From contig CP067995.1 of assembly GCA_045159875.1 (NCBI GenBank), positions 704,001 to 768,000 of the forward strand: DNA of 64,000 bases, in the 5' to 3' direction. The notes under the pieces were generated by a model. It searched no databases. It was not told the DNA's origin and was given only the letters and a program-made list of their open reading frames with translations. Positions 44,786 to 57,041 of this stretch are shown piece by piece; the stretch's first letter is position 1; every line of letters starts with the position of its first letter. Source of the stretch: a cyanobacterium endosymbiont of Rhopalodia gibba. GTDB lineage: Bacteria; Cyanobacteriota; Cyanobacteriia; Cyanobacteriales; Microcystaceae. The position numbers and the translations under genes are program-made.

Positions 44786-44817
44786 CTGTAATTCTGTAAT
44801 TCTGTAATTCTGTAATT
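44786..44817. repeat. Tandem octamer (CTGTAATT)x4
   Basis: Four exact copies between the permease and GldG-like genes. Confidence 0.9.
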
Positions 44818-44844
44818 TATGTATTTTTAATGAAATAGAAAAAA

Positions 44845-46758
44845 ATGTTTAACTACCGTAAAGTCTTGAAATATTTATTGATTCCAGGACTAGTTATGAC
44901 TATGGCAGGTCTAATAGCAGAATCAATGACTAAAAGTGGATCAATTCTATATATTGGTCTAATCGTCACTGGAAGTATTTTGATTATCATTTGGCTATCA
45001 TATCTATTGGTTGCTCGACGAAGTTTCTGGCAAAGAAGATCAAGTCAAGCAGGAACCAATGCTTTAGTATCCACTCTGTCTTTAATAATTATTTTAGGAA
45101 TAATTAACTTCTTAGCAGTTCGTTATTTAACCCCAATTGATTTAACAGAAAATCAACTTTTTACTGTTTCTTCCCAAACTCAAAAAATTGTCAAAAATAT
45201 TAATGAACCTGTTAAAGTATGGTTATTTGTAAAAGCTCCTAATCCTAGAGATAAAGACTTATTAGAAAATTATCGTCGCTATAATGAAAAATTTAAATTT
45301 GAATTTGTTGATCCTGATACTAACCTTGGATTAACTAAACGATTTAATGTTAATACATTAGGAGATGTATATCTAGAATATAGGAATAAAAAACAGTTAG
45401 TACAAACCTTGATTCAGTTTAATACTCAGGAACCTTTGTCTGAGATAAAATTAACTAATGCTATTGAAAAAATTCAGCGTAATTATATTCCTACAGTTTA
45501 TTTTCTTCAAGGACATGGAGAATATTCTTTAGAAGAATCTCACGAGGATAGTATTTTTATAGCTGTTAACAGTTTAAAAAATAAAGGATATAATGCTAAA
45601 CCTCTCAATTTAGTAGTGTCTTCTAGGATTCCCGATGATGCCAATGCAATAATTATTGCAGGTTCTCAACGCAAATTATTCGAACAAGAAGTTAAAGCAT
45701 TAGAGACTTATTCAGATCAAGGAGGGAATCTTCTTTTATTACTTAATCCTAATATTGAGACAGGTTTAGAACCTATCCTAGAGAAATGGGGAGTTCAACT
45801 AGATAATCGTGTTGTAATAGATGGTTCAGGGCGAGGAAATTTAGTTGGTTTGGGTCCAGTAAGTCCTTTGATTAATACATATGGAAATCATCCCATTACA
45901 AAAGAGTTTAATAACGGAATTTCGTTTTATCCATTAGCGCGTCCTATTGATACTATTAAAGTAGAAAATATAGAGGCGACTTCTCTATTGATCGCCAGTG
46001 AACAAATGTGGGCTGAAAGTAATGTAGAATCTGAGAAATTTACCTTTGATGAAACTCAAGATATCGCCGGTCCGTTTGATTTAGGAGTTGTTTTAATTCG
46101 TCAAATTAATTCAGGCAAAAAGCAGAAATCTCAACTATCTCCTTCTTCTAGTCAACTAGATAAGGATTCTCTGATTCCTTCTTATACAGAAAAACAAATT
46201 GAAAAAACACTACCTGAAAAAGAAGTTAAAAAAACTCCTTTTTCTTTTCCGAAAGAGACAGAAATTTCTCCCACACCTAAGTCTTCCTCCATGATAACTC
46301 CTTTAGAAAGGCAAAAACTCTCTATCCCTTCTTTTTATTCAAATAAGACAAAAGTTAAATTAGTTTCTAGTATTATTGATGTCCAAGATAGTGATTATTA
46401 TGCTTCTTCAGAAATAATGGAAACTCAAAAGAATGATTCTATCTCTGAAGAAAATCATGAGAAAACAACACTAAAAAATAGTGATGCAATTGAATCTCGT
46501 TTAGTTATAATTGGCAATTCAATGTTCATTACTAATAATTTATTTAATCAACAACTTAATGGTGATGTCTTCTTGAATTCAGTTCAATGGTTAGTGAGTC
46601 AAAATGACAAACCTTTATCAATTCGTCCTAAAGAAGCGAAAAATCGTCGGATAAATTTAACTCCGTTACAAGCAGGATTATTGAATTTTCTAACATTAAT
46701 ATTTTTTCCATTAGGAGGATTTTTTACCGGTTTCATGACTTGGTTACGTAGACGGTGA
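44845..46758 (+). CDS. GldG-family ABC-type auxiliary component
   Basis: DLTENQLFTVS, YFLQGHGE, RLVIIGNS, N..FLNSVQWL, C-terminal TM plus WLRRR. Confidence 0.88.
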   Translation: MFNYRKVLKYLLIPGLVMTMAGLIAESMTKSGSILYIGLIVTGSILIIIWLSYLLVARRSFWQRRSSQAGTNALVSTLSLIIILGIINFLAVRYLTPIDLTENQLFTVSSQTQKIVKNINEPVKVWLFVKAPNPRDKDLLENYRRYNEKFKFEFVDPDTNLGLTKRFNVNTLGDVYLEYRNKKQLVQTLIQFNTQEPLSEIKLTNAIEKIQRNYIPTVYFLQGHGEYSLEESHEDSIFIAVNSLKNKGYNAKPLNLVVSSRIPDDANAIIIAGSQRKLFEQEVKALETYSDQGGNLLLLLNPNIETGLEPILEKWGVQLDNRVVIDGSGRGNLVGLGPVSPLINTYGNHPITKEFNNGISFYPLARPIDTIKVENIEATSLLIASEQMWAESNVESEKFTFDETQDIAGPFDLGVVLIRQINSGKKQKSQLSPSSSQLDKDSLIPSYTEKQIEKTLPEKEVKKTPFSFPKETEISPTPKSSSMITPLERQKLSIPSFYSNKTKVKLVSSIIDVQDSDYYASSEIMETQKNDSISEENHEKTTLKNSDAIESRLVIIGNSMFITNNLFNQQLNGDVFLNSVQWLVSQNDKPLSIRPKEAKNRRINLTPLQAGLLNFLTLIFFPLGGFFTGFMTWLRRR

Positions 46759-46811
46759 AAGATAAACAAAATATTTAACTGCAAATTAAAATCTAATAGT
46801 TTAAAAAACTT

Positions 46812-47417
46812 ATGAAGTTACAGAAAAAAACTTGGGGTTTATTGATTGCTGCTGTTTTTTTATGCACTGCTGTATACATTTACGAAATTAAATTTCAACA
46901 ACAACAATTACAAATTAAATCAAACGATAATAAATTGTTTAATTTCACCGAAGAAGACATAAAAAATATCACTGTTAAAACTCAACAAGATACTTTAAAG
47001 TTCCAACGAACTGAAGATGATAAAAGGTATTGGAAAATGACTCAACCTAAACAAGAAACCGCTAATGATGCAACTATTTCATTTTTAATTAATCTATTGG
47101 TCACTGGAGAAAGTGATCGCCGCTTTAAAATTTCTACTAGTCAACAAAAAGATTATGGTCTGGACAAACCATTGGCAACTATAGAAGTAATACTAAATGA
47201 CGGGAATAAGCATCAGATAGTCTTAGGAAATTCTGATTTTAATGATAGCTTTTTGTATGCTCAAGTAGATTTGAATAATCAAAATACAGAAGAGCTAATT
47301 ATCAGTTTAGTTCCTAAAAACTATCGATATGCAATTGATAGAGAAATAGATGAATGGTTGGAAATAAATGAATCATCAAAAAGCTCAGAAAATATTGATA
47401 TAGAATCAAAAAAATAG
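46812..47417 (+). CDS. DUF4340-domain protein
   Basis: N-terminal anchor, YGLDKP motif; typical fourth gene of this operon. Confidence 0.8.
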   Translation: MKLQKKTWGLLIAAVFLCTAVYIYEIKFQQQQLQIKSNDNKLFNFTEEDIKNITVKTQQDTLKFQRTEDDKRYWKMTQPKQETANDATISFLINLLVTGESDRRFKISTSQQKDYGLDKPLATIEVILNDGNKHQIVLGNSDFNDSFLYAQVDLNNQNTEELIISLVPKNYRYAIDREIDEWLEINESSKSSENIDIESKK

Positions 47418-47831
47418 TCAATACAAATTGAAACCATAAAAAACTTAAAAGTTTACTCTCACGATGGACTCAAATAACTATTCTTCTTTTTAAGAAAAAA
47501 ATAAATACCGAGTAATCTTAGTAAGATTTCAGATTAAGTAAATTAAAACTAAAATCTAAATTTTTTTAAAAAAAATAGTTTAGACAAATCAATACATTTT
47601 CAGTTTCTAATCAACTTTTTTGTTGATTAATAAAATACGTATTAACTTGACTATATTAAGTCCTTGATTTTTTCTTATATTTCAGCTTTTAAAGAATCAA
47701 ATTATAATTTGAAATACTATTTAAAAAACAAAGATTAAATTTTTCTAAATATTTATATCGACTACAAAATTAATTTGAGACAATCGACTCTATAAGACTT
47801 TTCAAGAATTACAGTAGATAATTCGTCTACT

Positions 47832-49315
47832 ATGTCAGAAACAAATATTGAGTCCATACTACAAAAAAAAATTAATCCGCCCTTTTAATTCTATCAAAAT
47901 ACTCATATTCAAAACTTAAACCGATATAAGCAACTATATGAAAAATAAAAATCTAATCTTGAAATTTGTTGGGCAAAATTTGGCAAACAATAATTACATT
48001 GGTCCAAAAGGTAGAATCGAGTCCGTGACTGGTAACCTCCATTTGTAAGATGGTTTGTTGGGGGTGAATTTAACCTTTTCTACAATTTTCTTAATCTCCA
48101 TTTGACCACCTAGCTAATATAGTGTTATCTTCGAGGGATTTAGTGCCGAAACGTTAAAAAATCAACTCGAAGATGCTCAAATAAAAATAGTCGTTGCAGC
48201 TGATTACAGATTTCGCAAAAATAAAGTAGTTTCTATACAATCTCAATTGGATTTATCCCTGGAACAGGAGGCAAATACTCTTGAAAAGATAATCGTTGTT
48301 GAAGACACCAAAAACCATGACTATAGCCGAAGAAAAGGATTATTGATTGTATGGTTTTCAAAAAGATACTTCGACAGACTGTCTGGCTGAAGTGATTGAT
48401 AGTGAAAACACTCTGATTTATCCTCTACATCAATAGTAGGACTAGAAAACCCAAGGGAGTTGTGCATATCACCAGAAGATATAATCTTTACACTCACATG
48501 ACTACAAAATGGATCTTTTATTTAAAGAATATGGATGTCTATTGGCGTACTGCAGATGTTAGTTAGATCTCTGAGCATAGTTATGTTGTCTATAGCCGCT
48601 ATCTAATGATACTACCAGTTTAATATATGAAGGATTGACCTGGACAATACCATTAACCCCGAAGCTTGAATGTGGCTTCACCGAGTCATTGGAAGTGAAC
48701 AAGGTCCCATCTTTGATACATGGTGGTAAACGGAAACGGAAAGCGGAATGATTACAGTCTTACCCGAAGCTATGTCCATCAAACGCTGGATCAGCAACTC
48801 GTCCTTATTTCCCTGGTGTTGTAGCGGATGTAGTCAATAAAGCAGGTAATACTGTTTCTGATAATATTAGAGGATACTTAGTGATTAAACACCTTTGACC
48901 AAGTATGCTACGCAACATTTGTAATAACCCTGAACGTTTTGAGAAAACTTATTGGGGTCTCATTCCATTTCTTCAGTAGACAGGAAGCGTATTCATTTTA
49001 CCAAAGATAGTGCGCGTCAAGATGGAGATGGCTATTTTTAGATCATGGAACGAGTTGATAATGTCCTGAATATCTCAGGTACACCGTTTAGAGTCAATAG
49101 AGTTAGAATCTGCGTTGGTGTCTAAGTAGTAAGCTTGTTAAAGCGTTGGTGGTGGTGGCTTTCTATAGTAGAAAAGGGGAAGATATCTATACTTTTATCC
49201 CCTTTGAAGATAACTGTAGTGCAAGTGATGAGTTAGCTAAAGAATTAAAATAATTCATCGTCGCAAAGATATTAATCTATATCTTCACGTAAAGATATAG
49301 ATTAATATACTGACA
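47832..49315 (+). pseudogene. acs: Acetyl-CoA synthetase pseudogene
   Basis: [86 protein letters not shown]; many stops, frameshifts and internal deletions. Confidence 0.93.
49269..49308. repeat. Perfect inverted repeat, 17-bp arms, where the acs similarity ends
   Basis: atattaatctatatctt-cacgta-aagatatagattaatat. Confidence 0.9.
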
Positions 49316-49957
49316 AAAAATAGCATGATGTAGGTTATTCAAATAAAGTCAATTAGAATGTAATCGTTTTTGCAAATAGAGAATACTATCTATTTTTAGC
49401 AAAAATAATTTTAAACTATTCAATAAACTTGTTAGTAATAATTTTGAATAAAAAATTAGGTTAATATTTGAGGATTAGTTTTTAAATAAGAGTAATCATA
49501 ATGTCGTAACATAAGTAAAACATAAATATTATCTTTTTTCTGAAAAAATATTAAATTACTAAACTAAGAAGAGAATATTGGTTGAGTAAGATAAAAATTT
49601 GACAGAAGTATTGGAAATAATTAACTATTATTTTTCTTCTATATAAAGATTAATGTATAAACAGTTAAAAACTATAAAGATTGTTATTGAATTAAGTTAA
49701 TTTAAGTTTTTTTAAAAAAATTCAAATTTTTACTAAAATAAAGATTTTTTATGAAAATAAATAATAGAACTTAAGATTGATTGTTGTTAGCTAAAACAAA
49801 ATAAATATCCGATTTTTTTATAAAATTTAAAAAATCATTAAAAATATTTAACATAGTAATATTAAGAATATTTTAAAAATAAATAAAGTGAATGAACAAT
49901 AAGTAAAAATAATGCTCAAGAATATAAGTTAAAAATTAGTGATGGAAAAATTTTAAC

Positions 49958-50006
49958 AATCAAAACTCTATTTTTATTTCAAAAAAATAAAAATAGAGTT
50001 TTGATT
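49958..50006. repeat. Perfect inverted repeat, 22-bp arms
   Basis: aatcaaaactctatttttattt-caaaa-aaataaaaatagagttttgatt. Confidence 0.9.
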
Positions 50007-50427
50007 TAAAATAAATAAACTTATATGAAAGAGTAGACGTATAAATTATAGAAATAATAAAAAATTAATAAAAAATAAAATAGCTAAAAATTTAGCAAAA
50101 TATCTTCTGACTAAGATTAAAAAAATCAATATAAGTTTTGATAAACTCCATAAGAATGTTGTCGAACAATTAATACTGCAAACTGAAGTAATAACAGATC
50201 AATTTTATTTAATTAAACAAGTTTAAGAGGGAATTTTTTAAAAAGTTTTAAAACAAAGAACAAAAAGCTAAAAGTGTTGCTCTATAAGATTACCAAGATT
50301 ATAACAACCTAATTTTTATATGAATCAAATTTTTGGAGTGATGAAATATAGTACGAATAAAAAAATTAGAGATTATTAGCTATTAATTTATTATTTTCAG
50401 CCTAGAAGAGTAAATATAATTCTCAAG

Positions 50428-50464
50428 AAATGGCAGAATTATTTTCTATATAATTCTGCCATTT
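50428..50464. repeat. Perfect inverted repeat, 15-bp arms
   Basis: aaatggcagaattat-(7 nt)-ataattctgccattt. Confidence 0.85.
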
Positions 50465-51236
50465 TATGAATTTTTAATCCTTGATTTATTCTCACAAAAT
50501 TAATCAGTAGAGCTCAAAGATATTAAGTCAATAAAGCATTTACATTACTATAGTTAGGTAACTATAGCTAGTTTTATATTGCTTAAATTGATGTTTTTTA
50601 CAGTCACTCCTTCAAGCAATACTTTGTTGAAATACATTAGTTAAATTATATTAGTCATAGGTTATTTTTTGGCGAGATTACTTTTTTATTTTATTTAGTT
50701 AAAAATTAGTATTTAATAGAATATAGATAATCCTTATCTACTTCTTTATTTTAAATTTAAACTAAACTTTTTTTAAAATTTTATATTGATAGATTAAGAT
50801 TTAAATTTTTATTTAGTCAATATATTTTACGGTATAATTGCATAATTTAATTTATTAACAATTTTAATACTTTTGTATTGAAACATAATATTTACGCTCT
50901 TATTCTCGTTCTGTAGAAGATATTTGAAGCACTGGCCAACTCTTATTATTCTCACTATTCTAATTTTAAAAGATTAATTCTCAGGCTATCTGGTATCTAG
51001 TGATTGCTCTTTTTTAACTACTTTTTTATTTCATATTAATTTAAGCTCACTTACTTAATATCTCACATTTATAAACTACCTAAAATATATTCATCTCATA
51101 ATACTTATCCCATAATGAAAGATATATTTTCTTAGTTGATTAGAAATAAATTCGCCGAGCTTACTTTATTTAGAAAGAAGTCAATAACTTAGCAAAATTT
51201 TAGAGATAAACCTTGATAACAACTTTTTAAGTATGT

Positions 51237-51473
51237 TTATTGAAACTTTTTTTTAGATCTTATTTTACTAAATAAAAACCACCAGACTTCTGTTCCAATT
51301 AATCCTATTCCCCCTAATGTTACCAAAATTTTTAATTGTAATGGTTGTTCAAGACGATAAAATTGACTATTAGTTTCTATAGATTTTATTTTAGCGTAAG
51401 AAACAGAAATATTTCCGAATATTAAACTAAGACTTATTAGAGTAAAAAGAACTAATTTTATTTTCTTCATCAA
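51237..51473 (-). CDS. Small membrane protein resembling the N-terminus of cyanobacterial cupredoxin-domain proteins found next to Cu-ATPases
   Basis: Signal peptide plus RLEQPLQLKILVTLGGIGLIGTEVWWFLFSK; RBS aaggag; no cupredoxin domain follows. Confidence 0.7.
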   Translation of the reverse strand: MMKKIKLVLFTLISLSLIFGNISVSYAKIKSIETNSQFYRLEQPLQLKILVTLGGIGLIGTEVWWFLFSKIRSKKKFQ

Positions 51474-51632
51474 AAGACTCCTTGTTGATAGTAAATAAGT
51501 AAAGAACTGTAATTTAAACTCAATTTATTTAAAATGACTCTTTTAAACAGTGCTCATATCACCTTATCTAAATTACGACCGCTAAGATAAAAATGAAAGA
51601 CTACAATAATCGCATAATCGCAAACTAATGAG

Positions 51633-53903
51633 TTATTTTGGATTAAAGTTTCGTAATCTTAAAGCATTTATCACCACAGAAACAGAACTAAAAGCCATTG
51701 CTGTTCCTGCAATCATAGGATTCAATAGCAAACCGCAAAAAGGATATAAAATTCCGGCGGCGATAGGAATACCAAGACTATTATAAATATATGCAAAAAA
51801 GAGATTTTCTCTAATGTTTTTTATAGTGGCCTGACTCAGTTGAATTGCCGTGACAATGCCCCGTAAATCCCCAGAAATTAATGTTAAATCACTAGCAGCC
51901 ATTGCTACATCTGTCCCCGTCCCAAGGGCTATTCCCACATCAGCTTGTGCTAAAGCAGGTGCATCGTTAATCCCATCTCCAACCATTGCTACAATTTTTT
52001 TTTGTTGTTTACAGCTATTTCTTTCTTGTTGAATTTTTTCAATGATACTAGCTTTTTGATCAGGACGTACTTGGGCGAAAATTCTTTGAATACCTACTTC
52101 AGCAGCTATAGCTTCCGCAGTTTTATGATTGTCTCCTGTTAACATTACCACTTCCAAACCCATTCTCTGCAAGGACTTAACGGCCTCTAATGAAGAAGGC
52201 TTAGTCGCGTCCGCAATACCAATTAAGCCCTCAATTTGTCCATCTACAGCTATTAGAGCAGTTGTTTTGGCTTCACTTTCCCATTGTTGACGGGTGGCAT
52301 CTAAAGATCGAGTATTAATGTTTAACATATCCATCCATCTTTGTGTACCAATTTGTACTAATTTTCCTAAAACTTTCCCCTGAACTCCCATTCCGGCAAC
52401 AGCTTCAAAGTTTCTAACTTCAGGCAACGGTATCTTGACTTGTTGAGATTTAGCGTAATTAACCACTGCTTCGGCTAAAGGATGTTCAGATTTTTTTTCC
52501 AGAGCAGCCCCAAGTTTTAAGAGTTCTAGTTCATTACTATTAGCCACACCATTAACAGTAATATAGTTAGTAACAATAGGTTTGCCTTGAGTGATAGTTC
52601 CTGTTTTATCAAGAACAACAGTGTTCAATCTATGTGCTAGTTCTAAGCTATCTGCCCCCTTAATTAGAATACCATTTTCTGCTCCTTTTCCTGTTCCAAC
52701 CATAATGGATGTAGGTATTGCTAAACCTAGGGCACAGGGACAGGCAATAATTAAAACCCCCACTGTTGTAATCATGGCTAGGGTAATATTTCCTATTGTA
52801 TTAAACCAAATTACAAATGTCGAAATGGCAACAGCAATCACTCCTGGAACAAACCATCTAGTTACTTGATCAGCTAATTGTTGAATCGGAGCTTTACTTC
52901 CTTGGGCATCTTGGACCAACTTAATAATCTGTGCCAACATTGCATCTTTTCCTACTTTTGTCGCTTTAAATTTAAAAGTTCCTGTCTTATTAATGGTTGC
53001 TCCAATTACCTCGTCTCCTGCTTTTTTCTTAACAGGGATAGGTTCTCCTGTTATCATTGACTCATCAATAGCAGATACTCCCTCAACCACTTCACCATCG
53101 ACAGGAATTTTTTCTCCAGGACGTACTAAAATGACATCGTTCACAACTACTTGTTTAATGGGAATATCTATTTCTTGTTCATGACGAATTACTCTGGCTG
53201 TTTTTGCTTGTAAGCCCATTAATTTCCGTATCGCCTCTGAGGTTTTTCCTCTAGCTCTATGTTCTAACATTTTTCCTAATAAAACTAAGGTGATAACTAC
53301 AGAAACAGTTTCGTAATAAACTGCTGTAGCAATGCCATGAGATTCAAAAATATGTGGAAATGCAGTTGTAAACAAAGAGTATAAATAAGCGACTCCAGTC
53401 CCTAAAGAAACTAGGGTATCCATATTAGCAGAATGAAATTTAAAGGACTTCCAAGCCCCGACAAAAAAGTCTTTGCCTACCCAAAAAATAACTGGAGTTG
53501 CTAAGAAAAATTGCACCCAGAAATTATGTAAGAAGGTAGGAATCCAAGTTATTTCTAATCCTGTCATCATCGGGATACCCCCGATAATTAATAAGACACT
53601 AATAATAGAACCGACAAGCAATTTACCGGTTAATTCTTGTTCTTGGGCTACTTTCGTTGCTTTTTCTAAGTCTTCTTCGTCCGCTCTTTCTAAAACAGGG
53701 TAAGCATCATAACCCGCGTTTTTTACTGCTTGTTGAATAACTGATAAATTAGTCTTTGTGGGATCATAGGTTACAGTTGCTCGAGAAATAACAAAATTAA
53801 CGTTGCCTTGAGTGACTCCCTCCACTTCTTGAATGACTTTTTCAATCGCAGAAGCACAACCAGCACAACTCATTCCTTGTAGTTTTAAATGATCAGTTTT
53901 CAT
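51633..53903 (-). CDS. Cu(I)-translocating P1B-1 ATPase, PacS-like
   Basis: GMSCAGC metal-binding domain, [30 protein letters not shown] and MAFSS. Confidence 0.95.
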   Translation of the reverse strand: MKTDHLKLQGMSCAGCASAIEKVIQEVEGVTQGNVNFVISRATVTYDPTKTNLSVIQQAVKNAGYDAYPVLERADEEDLEKATKVAQEQELTGKLLVGSIISVLLIIGGIPMMTGLEITWIPTFLHNFWVQFFLATPVIFWVGKDFFVGAWKSFKFHSANMDTLVSLGTGVAYLYSLFTTAFPHIFESHGIATAVYYETVSVVITLVLLGKMLEHRARGKTSEAIRKLMGLQAKTARVIRHEQEIDIPIKQVVVNDVILVRPGEKIPVDGEVVEGVSAIDESMITGEPIPVKKKAGDEVIGATINKTGTFKFKATKVGKDAMLAQIIKLVQDAQGSKAPIQQLADQVTRWFVPGVIAVAISTFVIWFNTIGNITLAMITTVGVLIIACPCALGLAIPTSIMVGTGKGAENGILIKGADSLELAHRLNTVVLDKTGTITQGKPIVTNYITVNGVANSNELELLKLGAALEKKSEHPLAEAVVNYAKSQQVKIPLPEVRNFEAVAGMGVQGKVLGKLVQIGTQRWMDMLNINTRSLDATRQQWESEAKTTALIAVDGQIEGLIGIADATKPSSLEAVKSLQRMGLEVVMLTGDNHKTAEAIAAEVGIQRIFAQVRPDQKASIIEKIQQERNSCKQQKKIVAMVGDGINDAPALAQADVGIALGTGTDVAMAASDLTLISGDLRGIVTAIQLSQATIKNIRENLFFAYIYNSLGIPIAAGILYPFCGLLLNPMIAGTAMAFSSVSVVINALRLRNFNPK

Positions 53904-53969
53904 TCGAATTATAGCTTTAAGATTTTTTTAAAAAAGTATTCTGTCTAGAATTTGACAATTCACTCAAAG

Positions 53970-54367
53970 TCAAAGGAAAAACTTTAGCAAATTAGGACAA
54001 GAATGGAGATGAGATATCCAATTAGTTTTATATCGCTCTAATTTAGTTTTTCAAAGGATCATTTACTGAATGTTTATCCCTTTTTTTATTTTACTATCTA
54101 GTAAACTTTGTGATTTAGCACAAGGTATTTTTCCGTATTTTGTACAATGGAAATTTGCTTGACTTCTTTGAGGGTGAAGCTAAGGAATTGGAATTTTTCA
54201 CAAATCTCATCTGTTGACTCATCTCTAAAATCTCATGATAATAGTTATTTTTACCTCTTTTTACTGGTTCAAGAAGGCTTAAGTCGCTATATTAGCGCAA
54301 ATTTCCTGTAGAAAAATCTGTTTGTTGGGCGAGTTCACTAATTTTGACATAGGATACTGTATTGATA
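53970..54367 (-). pseudogene. MerR-family heavy-metal-responsive regulator pseudogene
   Basis: INTVSYVKISELAQQTDFSTGNLR*YSDLSLLEPVKRGKNNY..QQMRFVK/SFTLKEVKQI; ATG->ATC, stop in the HTH, frameshifts. Confidence 0.85.
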
Positions 54368-54464
54368 ATAGTAGGTATAACGAATATTTTTCTAATGATT
54401 GGTATAAATTTTCTAGTAAATTAAAAAGTCAGGAGTTAATAGTTATTTTGATAATAACTATTAA

Positions 54465-56297
54465 CTATTTTTTGTTCTTCATTGTTTGCAGCTTGTATAA
54501 ATCATTATATAGGTCTCCTTTTTTCAATAATTCTTGATGATTTCCCGATTCAAGCAACTCGCCTTTTTGAAATACAAAAATGCGATCTACATCTCGAATA
54601 GTTGAAAGTCGATGAGCGATAATAACGGCGGTTTTTTGATTTAATAAATGGACTAATGCATCTTGAATTAATGCCTCTGTTTTTACGTCTAAGCTAGAAG
54701 TAGCTTCATCTAAAACAAAAATGTGAGGATTACGAATAGCTACTCTAGCAAATGCTAATAATTGTTTTTGTCCTCCAGATAAATTTGTTCCTCTTTCCCT
54801 AACTTTAGTTTTGTAGCCTTGAGAAAGTTCGTCAATAAATTTTCCAATATTGGTTATATTAGCTGCTTTTTGTACCTGTTCAAAACAATAATTTTCTCCT
54901 AAAGTAATGTTACGCATAACGTCCCCTGCAAAAAGAAAATTTTCTTGTAAGATGACACCAATATATTGCCGTAGTTCAGTTTTAGAAATCTCTCGAATAT
55001 CCACGCCATCAATAATAATTCTTCCTTGAATAGGATCATAGAGACGACATAATAAACGAATAATAGAACTTTTTCCAGCTCCAGTAGGACCGACAAATGC
55101 AACCTTTTCTCCTGCATGAATGGTAAAATTTAAATTTTTTAGAACATACTCATCTTTGTTATAACCAAACCAAACATTTTCAAAACAAATTTCGCCATTT
55201 GTATTCCGCTGATGGAAACTTGATAAAGAGTATATTTTATCTTCAGGTTCAATAATTTCAACGGTTTCATTCATTAACTCACTAATACGTTCTATAGCTG
55301 TAAATCCAGCTTGAAACATGGTTAATTTATCAGCTAGTTGACGCAAAGGATTAAACAAGCGTTGTGCGTAAAGAATGAATGCAGATAAAGTACCAAAAGT
55401 AATTGCTTCATCGACAATAAAAACTCCTCCTAACCATAAAACTCCTGCGATAGCTACTAAACTAATCCATTCTAAGGTTGCAGAAACAGCCGAGTCATGG
55501 AAAATTATTGTATCAACTGTCTTGCGATATCGTTCATTGGTAGAACGAAATAGTTCTGAATTAAAAAGTTCTCGGCGAAATAATTGAACAACGTTAATCC
55601 CAGCTATATTTTCCTGTAATATAGAATTGAGTTTAGAAAGTTCCTCTCTTGCTTTGTAATTTGCTTTTCGATATTGACTTTGAAAATAGACAATTAATCC
55701 AGTAACAGGAATCATCATTAAAACCAGCATTAATGCTAATTCTAGTTGTACTGTAATCATGATAATAATAATTATAAAAATATAAATACCATCACTTAAA
55801 ACGCCAATTGCACCACTAGAAAATACATCTCCTAATGCCTCAACATCACTAGTTAATCGTGTTACTAAACGTCCTACTGGGGTACGATTAAAGAAACTCA
55901 TTCCTAATGATGTAACATGTGTAAACAAGTCTTTACGTATGTCTGCGGTAATTACTTGACCTATTTTTTGAATAAAATATCCTTGAAAAGAAGTACAACA
56001 AACACGGATAATAACTGTAATTAATAATAATAGGCTCAGCCATGTTATTCCTTGTTCTATAGAAAGATTTTTTAAGAACTTCCATGTAGACTCCTGACGT
56101 AAAAGAGAGACAGCCTGTCCAATAATTAAGGGTTGTATCGCCCCAGCAGTAGCCGAGGGTATAAGTAACCCCATCGCCAGTGACAATAAATGAATATGGC
56201 GACGGAAATAAGGAACTAATCTAAGGATAAGTTTTCTATTACTCTCATTGAGATGGTTCAAGTTTTTTTGTTGACGTATAGGTGAGAAAACAGCCAT
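54465..56297 (-). CDS. ABC transporter, fused permease/ATPase (multidrug exporter type)
   Basis: TM domain plus GPTGAGKS, LSGGQKQ, LDEATS, IAHRLST. Confidence 0.93.
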   Translation of the reverse strand: MAVFSPIRQQKNLNHLNESNRKLILRLVPYFRRHIHLLSLAMGLLIPSATAGAIQPLIIGQAVSLLRQESTWKFLKNLSIEQGITWLSLLLLITVIIRVCCTSFQGYFIQKIGQVITADIRKDLFTHVTSLGMSFFNRTPVGRLVTRLTSDVEALGDVFSSGAIGVLSDGIYIFIIIIIMITVQLELALMLVLMMIPVTGLIVYFQSQYRKANYKAREELSKLNSILQENIAGINVVQLFRRELFNSELFRSTNERYRKTVDTIIFHDSAVSATLEWISLVAIAGVLWLGGVFIVDEAITFGTLSAFILYAQRLFNPLRQLADKLTMFQAGFTAIERISELMNETVEIIEPEDKIYSLSSFHQRNTNGEICFENVWFGYNKDEYVLKNLNFTIHAGEKVAFVGPTGAGKSSIIRLLCRLYDPIQGRIIIDGVDIREISKTELRQYIGVILQENFLFAGDVMRNITLGENYCFEQVQKAANITNIGKFIDELSQGYKTKVRERGTNLSGGQKQLLAFARVAIRNPHIFVLDEATSSLDVKTEALIQDALVHLLNQKTAVIIAHRLSTIRDVDRIFVFQKGELLESGNHQELLKKGDLYNDLYKLQTMKNKK

Positions 56298-56436
56298 ATA
56301 GTTAATAGTTAAGAGTTTATGATTAAGGTTAAGTCAAATAAAATAACACATGTTTCTAGTTAGTGTCTTTTCTTTCAAATCAGGTGTATCTATAGGAAAA
56401 CAGATATATCAATTGGTAAAATACCATTTTATGAGT

Positions 56437-56475
56437 AATAAATCTAGTAACTAATTAATATTTACTAGATTTATT
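56437..56475. repeat. Inverted repeat, 14-bp arms
   Basis: aataaatctagtaa-(11 nt)-ttactagatttatt. Confidence 0.7.
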
Positions 56476-57001
56476 GCCGTTAATTCAAGTATTTTCTTAT
56501 TGATGTTTATCTCTTGTAGACTTTAAATAAATAACTATTTTATGTTAGACAAAATAACCATAATTTAATTAATATAATTTATATTATGATAACTTTTATA
56601 AAAAGTAAACCAAATTATAAATGTTATTGAAAACAAGATAATTATCCAAAATCCACATAGACAAACCAGAAAATAGCTCAAAATACATTAGAGGCTTTAG
56701 TATAGAAAAATTTCATTAACTAATATAGTTGACTTTCTCAAAAAATAATTTATCCATAAATAAACATCTATTGCTATAGAGTAAGTAATAAGTTTTTCAT
56801 CAAAGACATTGCTCCATAAAGTTTAAGAGCAATTACTGATGTGTTAATAACAGTGAATATTTCTCAAGATATTTAACGGAGCTCTATTCTATTTAAAGAA
56901 TTTATAATAGCCAACATAATTGCTCTTACAATTTTTAAGATTTCTATCATAACCATTATTTTTTTTTCTTTCTGCAGTAAAAATGTAATTAATATCCCAA
57001 A

Positions 57002-57041
57002 ATAGAAGAGTATACAGCTTATAATCTGTATACTCTTCTAT
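57002..57041. repeat. Perfect inverted repeat, 16-bp arms
   Basis: atagaagagtatacag-cttataat-ctgtatactcttctat. Confidence 0.9.

Noticed and set aside
54322..54537. 71-aa plus-strand ORF
   Set aside because: Antisense to the MerR pseudogene start and the ABC transporter end
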